Below, piece after piece: positions 39,573 through 46,006 of a stretch of DNA of 46,006 nt. Positions within the stretch are counted from its first letter, which is position 1; each line of letters starts with the position of its first letter. This DNA comes from a bacterium (GTDB taxonomy: Bacteria; Hydrothermota; 32-111), in the NCBI GenBank assembly GCA_050239825.1, contig JBFXGO010000017.1, positions 1 through 46,006 of the forward strand, in the 5' to 3' direction. Made by a program: the position numbers and the translations under genes. The notes beneath the pieces were generated by a model, which was not told the DNA's origin, ran no database searches, and was given only the letters and a program-made list of their open reading frames with translations.

Positions 39573-39600
39573 ATTAACTCTTTCTTTAGCTCACGACGCA

Positions 39601-39971
39601 AGGGAGTATAATAAAAGTTGTGTAAAAATATTAGGAGTGGTATATAATAAGATTAACTAGAAGGAGATATTGAACCGAATAATGTACCCTAATGCCAAAA
39701 GACAGTTGTGTTTGGTTCATCTCCTCAGAAATGCAAGAAAAAACTTCTCCCTCGAACACATTCGACAGCAAAAGGGCGGATTCTTCCAATCCGAAGATAT
39801 CCTCTTCATAAACATTTATATCCGTTACCTAAATATGTTACCTAAATGGAAAAACGGTTACCCTAAAATCATTGCTAAATTATATTACCTCCGCCAATCC
39901 TTCGTTAATCTCTCTGGAGAACTCCCCTATGAATACTAATCCCTCTTTACACAACTTCCTTGACAAGTCTC
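39601..39971 (+). mobile_element. Internally deleted IS256-family element (non-autonomous relic)
   Basis: Imperfect TIRs share AAGTTGTGTAAA (39615-39626 and its reverse complement at 39946-39957). ORF 39670-39939 fuses YPNAKRQLCLVHLLRN (IS256 C-x2-H motif) to the C-terminal GGFFQSE; DDE core missing. Confidence 0.8.
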
Positions 39972-39972
39972 G

Positions 39973-40011
39973 AAATCTCAAATGTCAAGAACTGTTAGAG
40001 ACACCACACTA
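39973..40011 (+). mobile_element. Orphan right end of an IS630-family element
   Basis: 37 bp (39973-40009) are the exact reverse complement of 45829-45865 and are followed by TA within CTAG, the IS630-type target. Confidence 0.8.
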
Positions 40012-40240
40012 GAATAGAAATAAAAATATTCAAAATTGTGGCAATAGTCATAATTAATGTCATTGTTTTAATTTGCTTTGTGTAATCAAACATTATTTTC
40101 TCATGATCTTCTCTATCACGTCGTTCAATTTCATTCAACCAATAACTGATTCCTACCATTGTTTTTTGGGAAACAATATCATGATTTTTTACAAGTTCAT
40201 CTTTTGTCATTTTCCTAAGATCAGCATATAATTTTGACAT
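39995..40240 (-). CDS. Small protein with C-terminal TM helix, unknown function
   Basis: SD AGGAG + ATG; hydrophobic C-terminus; the last codons and TAA lie inside the IS630 end. Confidence 0.7.
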   Translation of the reverse strand: MSKLYADLRKMTKDELVKNHDIVSQKTMVGISYWLNEIERRDREDHEKIMFDYTKQIKTMTLIMTIATILNIFISILVWCL

Positions 40241-40285
40241 TATACTCTCCTATGTTTTTTGATATTGAGATTAGAATATTTAATT

Positions 40286-41026
40286 CTATTTACCTGCATA
40301 GGAATTAATCACTTTAGATTCAAAAGGATATTCATTATAGACTTTTCCTTCAAGCAGTTTTCCTGTTTTATGTTTGTTGAATCCGCCCCATTGCTTGAAG
40401 AAGAAAGGAATACCCTTATTTTCGCATAAATCCCTCAATTTCAGCACCCACTCTTCTTTTATAGGCCTTGCACCTGCTCCTGATTCTCCGCCTACAATTA
40501 CCCAATCAATTCCGGAGAGAGAGACTCTTCCAATTGGTCCGAGAAGAGGTTCAAATGAGATAAATTTCAGTTTGGCATCTGTCTTCTTTAAATCATTTAT
40601 CCGGTAAATGTATTCGTCCGACTCTACTGTTACGCCCATCCAGATATTTTTTGACCAATTAAGCTTGTCATTCACTTCGAGCAGTCTTTCTGATCTTTTT
40701 GTCAGTATCTGAAACTGAATATGTTCGCAGTCAATCATCACTTTAAATACCTTCTTTATATAACTCAGAGGAATGTCTTTGTGGAATAAATCAGACATTG
40801 AATTTACAAATACCTTTCTTGGAGTTTTCCAAGAGTATGGCACTTTTAGCGCATCAGGTTGAAGTGTCACTTTGAAAGCGTTCTTATACTGTTTTACTCC
40901 CATCAGTTGAAGTCTATAAGCGAATTTCTCGGCATAGCAATTCATACATCCGGGGCTTACTTTTGTGCAACCTGTAACAGGATTCCAGCTCATCTCAGTC
41001 CATTCAATTTTCGTTTTTCCTGACAT
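40286..41026 (-). CDS. DUF5131 / phage Gp37-Gp68 family protein (three-Cys, radical-SAM-like)
   Basis: TKIEWTEMSWNPVTGCTKVSPGCMNCYA (Cx6Cx2C), FVNSMSDLFH, FQILTKR, SFEPLLG, WVIVGGESG, PFFFKQWGG. Confidence 0.93.
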   Translation of the reverse strand: MSGKTKIEWTEMSWNPVTGCTKVSPGCMNCYAEKFAYRLQLMGVKQYKNAFKVTLQPDALKVPYSWKTPRKVFVNSMSDLFHKDIPLSYIKKVFKVMIDCEHIQFQILTKRSERLLEVNDKLNWSKNIWMGVTVESDEYIYRINDLKKTDAKLKFISFEPLLGPIGRVSLSGIDWVIVGGESGAGARPIKEEWVLKLRDLCENKGIPFFFKQWGGFNKHKTGKLLEGKVYNEYPFESKVINSYAGK

Positions 41027-41029
41027 TTA

Positions 41030-41896
41030 TTACCTTTTTTCCATATTTGTTATCAAGTCTTGAGCAATATTTATTGCAGTTCCTGCTCCTTTTTTGTTAC
41101 CTGCTGCAAAACAAAGCGAGTAAATTGGACTATTTTTACTATTATATAGTATTTTTGGTTTTTCAACAACCCCCGTAAATTCCTTTTTCAATTTTCCAGT
41201 TAAATATGAATTTACAAAATCAGAATCAACTACTCTTTCATACTTTTCACTTTCTCCAAATAAAGTAAGCTGTTTCTCAACTTTATAGAATTGCTTCTCC
41301 CACTCATTATCGCCGAATAATTCATTTAATTTATTTCTATTGCCCTCCTCAATGTCACCATCCTTCTTTAAAAGGCGCATCGTTCCAACACCGAGAGGAA
41401 ACAGATACCACATATCAATTGCCTGAGTTTTTGCTATAGCTTTTATTGTTTCCCACTGAACTTGCATTCCATATGGGTCAAGAAACAATACTGCTCTATA
41501 TTTTTCCCAGTCGTAATTTTTACATATATCAGATACTATATTATTCGCATCACCTTTTATAATTTCAGATGATATTTTGTATTTTTTTATCTCCTCCTCA
41601 AGGGCGTCACAAAGAGTTGAATCTTTTTCAATAAAAATATATTTATCAAATTTGTTTTCTAGTTCGATTGCTTTCATTACTGATCCCTTTGAATACTCCT
41701 GGAACTCTTCATCGAAAAGATTCTTATCCTCTAGTTCATTATATATTTTGCCACATCCCGCAAATGCATCAATGTAGATGGTTTTAAAATAACTTGCCCT
41801 TGAGTTGTTTTTGAATATTTGCATGTATGCGTTTAGGTACTTTTCAATTATCACTAGTTTTTGTTGAGTCCAGGCTCCTCCCCAAGATTGGCTCAT
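41030..41896 (-). CDS. tcmP: Three-Cys-motif partner protein TcmP (SAM-dependent amino-methyltransferase-like fold)
   Basis: WGGAWT..KL, YIDAFAGCG (motif I), FIEKD, GDAN, LFLDPYG (motif IV-like); 3 nt upstream of the DUF5131 gene. Confidence 0.88.
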   Translation of the reverse strand: MSQSWGGAWTQQKLVIIEKYLNAYMQIFKNNSRASYFKTIYIDAFAGCGKIYNELEDKNLFDEEFQEYSKGSVMKAIELENKFDKYIFIEKDSTLCDALEEEIKKYKISSEIIKGDANNIVSDICKNYDWEKYRAVLFLDPYGMQVQWETIKAIAKTQAIDMWYLFPLGVGTMRLLKKDGDIEEGNRNKLNELFGDNEWEKQFYKVEKQLTLFGESEKYERVVDSDFVNSYLTGKLKKEFTGVVEKPKILYNSKNSPIYSLCFAAGNKKGAGTAINIAQDLITNMEKR

Positions 41897-42034
41897 TTTA
41901 AACTCCTTTGGTTAAGAGACAATTCTTAAATCCATTTTAATATAATCAAAAAGCAAAAAGATCTTTCTTCTCCAATCTATTCTAATAGTTTAAATTGCTT
42001 TTATCTGCAGTCTTAATTGGATTTGTATTGTATA

Positions 42035-42412
42035 TTATAATTTCAATTTTCCTAAATATTTGTCTTTCTCCTTATCTTCGTCTATCTTTTCTTGTTTTTG
42101 CCTCTCTTGGTTTATTTGATTTCTCTTGTCTTGTTCATTCCGTTCTTTATTTGTTAGCTCAATTGCCTTCTTTAAAAATTGAATATGATATTTTTCAATC
42201 TCATCTAATGGAGAGTGAATAATCAAATAATTATTTTCAATCCATGCTTTTCTCTTCATTGAATACCATATTTGACTCCAAATTATTTTAAATATTTCCA
42301 TCCATATTTGATCTGGAGTTTCAGTTAGTTCAATATAAACATTATAAAGAGCATAATTCTTGTCTGGATTAAATGTTTTAATTTTGTCAATAGACTTCAA
42401 TTCAATATTCAT
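42035..42412 (-). CDS. Hypothetical protein with charged coiled-coil tail
   Basis: 125-aa ORF overlapping the upstream stop (ATGA), SD AAGGAG. Confidence 0.75.
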   Translation of the reverse strand: MNIELKSIDKIKTFNPDKNYALYNVYIELTETPDQIWMEIFKIIWSQIWYSMKRKAWIENNYLIIHSPLDEIEKYHIQFLKKAIELTNKERNEQDKRNQINQERQKQEKIDEDKEKDKYLGKLKL

Positions 42413-43686
42413 TTTTTCTCCTTTTTAAATAGCTCTTCAAATACCTTTTTCCTAATATCTGATAGCTTAGGTAAGGTATGATTCCTATTGGGATAAATAT
42501 CCAAAGGCAAATATAATTTTGATTCATTTATTAATTCTAATTCATCATCTATATGCTTTAAAACATATTTTTTAAACTCACTTCTATCAGATATGCATGT
42601 TATGATATGGTATAAATTCCATTTTCGTTGAAGAGATCTTTCATTCTTTTTGTCAAAATTTGCTTCATACTCTGCCCAGCAAATTAGATAAAATATCCAT
42701 TTATACATAATGTCTTTTATTATTTCGTCTTTTGATTCATTGGCATTCAATACATAATCATTAATAATTTCTTGATATATATTACTACTTATATCACTGA
42801 CAGTTTTTTCTTCTTTTACTTTACTTAGAATAGTATATATGAATACAGGAATATAAAGTTTTATGTCAACTAAATCACGTCTTTTCTCATCTGGTTTAAA
42901 CCTGCTATTTTCTTGAATAAACACCTGCAGATTTTCAGCTATCTTTTTTTCAATACCATCGTCAATCATTTTACAGTTATTGCTAAATAAATCCATCAAA
43001 TGAATTTTTAATAATTCTGCATTTTTGTATTCTTTACATGAGCTGATTTCCTTTAAATATAATTCCATAAGGTCATAAAACTTTAAATAATATTTTCTTC
43101 CAATGCAGGTTCTAATTGACGATATTATTGGATGTATCAATACATTTTGACATTCATAGAGATTACATTGTTCAGAAACATTCCTAAACAATGCTGAAAG
43201 CGAATCTAATGCTTCCTTATACTGTTTTGAGATAAAATCATCGCCGCGTTCTATGTAGGACTCATAAAAGTAACCTGGTAAGATAAAGTTCTTTTTCATC
43301 CATATTTCATTTGAATCAACCTCATAAATGCACTTAGTCAGGGTTATTTCATCAATTTTAAAGTTAAGTATTTCCCAGATAGTAATACCTATTAATGCAA
43401 ACACTAACGCTGAAATACATTTAAAATAAATACCTAAAATATTACTATTACAACCATCTATCGAAATCAGTAATATAAACACAATATAAATCTCTATTGA
43501 TATTATTAACAATGAAATGATTCTGTTATAAAAATGCATTCTACTAAATATCAATTGTCGAAGCATTGGATAATATTGTGATTCTTTCTTATAAAAAGCA
43601 TATGAAACATATATAACAGGAAAAAATGTAAACACAAATATCAATATTAATTGAGAAATACCAATTATTTCATTCGATTTTAGCAT
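42409..43686 (-). CDS. Hypothetical membrane protein (3 N-terminal TM helices + helical domain)
   Basis: 425-aa open frame in very AT-rich DNA; hydrophobic segments in the first ~110 aa. Confidence 0.75.
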   Translation of the reverse strand: MLKSNEIIGISQLILIFVFTFFPVIYVSYAFYKKESQYYPMLRQLIFSRMHFYNRIISLLIISIEIYIVFILLISIDGCNSNILGIYFKCISALVFALIGITIWEILNFKIDEITLTKCIYEVDSNEIWMKKNFILPGYFYESYIERGDDFISKQYKEALDSLSALFRNVSEQCNLYECQNVLIHPIISSIRTCIGRKYYLKFYDLMELYLKEISSCKEYKNAELLKIHLMDLFSNNCKMIDDGIEKKIAENLQVFIQENSRFKPDEKRRDLVDIKLYIPVFIYTILSKVKEEKTVSDISSNIYQEIINDYVLNANESKDEIIKDIMYKWIFYLICWAEYEANFDKKNERSLQRKWNLYHIITCISDRSEFKKYVLKHIDDELELINESKLYLPLDIYPNRNHTLPKLSDIRKKVFEELFKKEKK

Positions 43687-43817
43687 ATTTTTATAGTTTC
43701 CTTTATCACACTAATCACTTTACAATAATGTTGGATTTCGTCAGAGGAAAGGATGTTGCCCTTACGGTCTTTGAGCCATTTGTTGAGAACTGTATTAACA
43801 CTTAATAAATGACTCAT
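43680..43817 (-). pseudogene. 45-codon relic resembling the C-terminus of Type ISP-like restriction-modification enzymes
   Basis: My translation: MSHLLSVNTVLNKWLKDRKGNILSSDEIQHYCKVISVIKETIKIC*. The VL.KWLKDRKG..L...EI.HY.K pattern is recognised from memory. Confidence 0.6.
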
Positions 43818-43822
43818 ATTTT

Positions 43823-44728
43823 TTAGGTTGTTTTTGCAAATAATTCGCCTTGCTTCAGAAAACTATCTAATCGTGAATTTGCTAACTCAATATATTTGAG
43901 ATCAGTTTCATAGCCAATATATTTTCTTTCTGCTTTTACTGCAGCTAACGCTGTTGTTCCACTTCCAATAAATGGGTCTAGAACAATATCACCTTTAAAT
44001 GAATAAAGATGAATTAATCTCTTTGGCAACTCTTCAGGAAATGGAGCCGGATGACCCACTCTCTTTGCGCTTTCAGCGTTCATCGTCCAGATTGATTTTG
44101 TCCACTCCATGAATTGCTCTTTAGTTATAGAGTTTTCCTTTTTAAAAGAATCCCGTTTTAACTTACCCTTTGAAAAAACTAAGATATATTCATGAACATC
44201 TCTCAATATTGGATTAGCGGCACTTAACCAACTTCCCCATGCAGTTGAAGGGCTAGCACTTGCTGCTTTATTCCAAATAATTTCGCCTCTCATATTGAAT
44301 CCTATTTCATTCATCATTTGCGATATATAATCACTCAGAGGAATATATGGTCGTCTCCCCAGGTTTGCTACATTGATGCATGCTCTTCCTCCATCTATTA
44401 ATACTCTATAAGTTTCAATAAAAACTGTTCTTAAGAATGTAAGATACTCCTTTAAAGATAAGTCTTTATCATATTCTTTTGTTACATTATAAGGAGGAGA
44501 AGTAATCATTAAATGAATAGAGTTATCCTTTAATTGATACATTTTTTCGGAAGAAGTGTTATAAATGACATTTGCATTTCCTATATCAATAGTATTTTCA
44601 CACTTATTTTTGGATTCAACAAGATCAATCTCACTATATAATTTAGAATTATAGAATTTTGTTGAATCATGATTTATTCTTCCACTTGTTCCAAAACTAC
44701 TTGTTTGCGTTCCATTTTTTTTATTCAT
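43823..44728 (-). CDS. Site-specific DNA methyltransferase, beta class (likely N4-cytosine)
   Basis: ITSPPYN (motif IV) precedes HPAPFP and VLDPFIGSGTT (motif I). Confidence 0.93.
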   Translation of the reverse strand: MNKKNGTQTSSFGTSGRINHDSTKFYNSKLYSEIDLVESKNKCENTIDIGNANVIYNTSSEKMYQLKDNSIHLMITSPPYNVTKEYDKDLSLKEYLTFLRTVFIETYRVLIDGGRACINVANLGRRPYIPLSDYISQMMNEIGFNMRGEIIWNKAASASPSTAWGSWLSAANPILRDVHEYILVFSKGKLKRDSFKKENSITKEQFMEWTKSIWTMNAESAKRVGHPAPFPEELPKRLIHLYSFKGDIVLDPFIGSGTTALAAVKAERKYIGYETDLKYIELANSRLDSFLKQGELFAKTT

Positions 44729-44733
44729 GATTT

Positions 44734-45588
44734 TTAATCCAATAAAGATAGGAATTTTTCCGCTTTACTTATTAAATCGGTTTCCAAATTTGATATTTGA
44801 ATAATTTCTCCCAGTCTCTTTTTTGAAATCATTGATGAAAAATAGTTAAGTTCTGCAGTTAATAGACTAAAAATCCAATCTTTTAGATTCTTATAATCCG
44901 AGTAAGTTCTAAAACCTTTTTGGGGAGTTTCTATAATATACGGTGAAGTAGTCGGATTTTGATTCATACTAATAAATCCTTGAATTACTCCAGAAGATTT
45001 CAATAGATCAACTTTTTCAGAATAATTTTCTGTGATAGGACTATTCCCAACTATTATTATTGGTATTTTTCTTGCGTTGTTGCATGATATCCTTATATTT
45101 AAGGATTTTCCTATAGCTTTTAATATAGAATCGGAGCGTAGCAAAGACGGATTTCCTTTGTGAGATTTATAATCACCGATGTTTTCTATTTTTTTTGAAT
45201 CTAATTCAAATTTATAATTTGACACTATACTCATTTTTATTTCAACTATTAATTTAATGTTTTCAGCTGTTTGATTAATTGAATTAGTTGAACAAAAGGC
45301 CAAATCCGCTGGAGATTTTGAAGTGAGTTCTAATTCTTCACATTGAACACCATTTAAAGCAAATAATTTCAATTCAGATGCTATTGGAGTAAATATTTCT
45401 TTACACCATTTCTCGGTGTAACTACCTATTAATGAGTTTCTGCTTTGAAGCACCTGATTTTCGGAACCTTCACCCTTGGGAATATATGCATAATAACCTG
45501 AATTTAAACGGTAAAATAATTGCTCAGGTGAAGAAAAATTTTTTAACGCTTGTTTAAAAAAGTCTATTTCGTTTTTGTTAGTCCACAT
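44734..45588 (-). CDS. Putative type II restriction endonuclease (PD-(D/E)xK)
   Basis: IGSYTEKW...PADLAF...IVEIKMS; 5 nt upstream of the MTase. Likely start ATG 45588, below a TTGAAT-17-TATAAT promoter. Confidence 0.75.
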   Translation of the reverse strand: MWTNKNEIDFFKQALKNFSSPEQLFYRLNSGYYAYIPKGEGSENQVLQSRNSLIGSYTEKWCKEIFTPIASELKLFALNGVQCEELELTSKSPADLAFCSTNSINQTAENIKLIVEIKMSIVSNYKFELDSKKIENIGDYKSHKGNPSLLRSDSILKAIGKSLNIRISCNNARKIPIIIVGNSPITENYSEKVDLLKSSGVIQGFISMNQNPTTSPYIIETPQKGFRTYSDYKNLKDWIFSLLTAELNYFSSMISKKRLGEIIQISNLETDLISKAEKFLSLLD

Positions 45589-45828
45589 TTTTTCTCTTTT
45601 TATTAAGATTATACACAAAATTCATCAGGGATTCAATATTTCTAACATTTTTTCTTTTTTCATATTTTCCTTGCACTTCCTCCTGAATAGGTCTTCAAAA
45701 TTCTATCTACATATTTTGAAAGCATAATTAATTATAAACCTTTATTCATATTAAATCAAGTTATGTGAATACAATTGATGTGTATTAAATTTTCTATGGT
45801 CTTCTCGTTATATTTTTATCATCAACTG

Positions 45829-46006
45829 GTGTGGTGTCTCTAACAGTTCTTGACATTTGAGATTTTTTTAAGGATAGATTTGACAGAGGCTGTCCAGATA
45901 AAGACTTTTGGGTTTTGATTATGGTTATCGATATACTTGTTAATTGTATTTATAAGCTCTTTGAGGTTTTTGAATGAGCCTCGGCGTATCCTTTTACAGG
46001 TGATTT
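45829..46006 (-). mobile_element. 3' end of an IS630-family element, continuing beyond the window
   Basis: Minus frame 46004-45840 reads ITCKRIRRGSFKNLKELINTINKYIDNHNQNPKVFIWTASVKSILKKI..., the RIRRGSF...HN..PK.F.WT C-terminus of IS630 transposases, and ends in the 37-bp terminal sequence. Confidence 0.85.

Noticed and set aside
345..42222. Numerous short plus-strand ORFs (e.g. 6111-6692, 7517-8059, 19311-19817, 35224-35854)
   Set aside because: They are antisense shadows of well-supported minus-strand genes with no recognisable motifs.
40240..45830. Co-oriented AT-rich genes as an integron cassette array
   Set aside because: I found no repeated attC-like RYYYAAC...GTTRRRY palindromes between the genes and no integrase; several genes overlap.
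39973..45865. 37-bp inverted repeat as recombinase (invertase) sites
   Set aside because: The right copy is continuous with an IS630 transposase C-terminus, the left copy ends at a TA target, and no recombinase gene is present; IS ends explain it better.
1..46006. tRNA or rRNA genes
   Set aside because: No cloverleaf with a T-loop consensus and no rRNA-like segment was seen in the intergenic regions by eye.

Overview
Window from an anaerobic, diderm bacterium. The T9SS-like C-terminal sorting domains, TamAB, hydEFG and ppdK suggest an FCB-related lineage such as WOR-3/TA06 (inference only). Almost all genes are on the minus strand. The core part holds secreted CTD proteins (Asp-box propeller, S8 and C25 proteases), a TM1266-hydG-hydF-hydE [FeFe]-hydrogenase maturation operon with a ~145-nt structured leader, a TetR-TolC-MFP-RND efflux operon, an MFS transporter and ppdK-serS-spoIID-tamA-tamB. 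There are two AT-richer accessory blocks. The first (~8.6-14.6 kb) is a pair of large secreted proteins, the first of which is frameshifted by a G11 tract in its signal peptide (candidate phase variation). The second (~37.3-46 kb) has a frameshifted toxin-antitoxin module, a 67-bp tandem repeat, an internally deleted IS256, and a 5.8-kb defence-like island bracketed by two convergent IS630 right ends (perfect 37-bp inverted repeat). That island carries a type II R-M pair, a relic of a larger R-M gene, two unknown proteins, and a TcmP + DUF5131 (amino-MTase-like + three-Cys radical-SAM-like) + small membrane protein module, which is the best candidate for an uncharacterised system. All family assignments come from motif recognition by eye; no searches were run.
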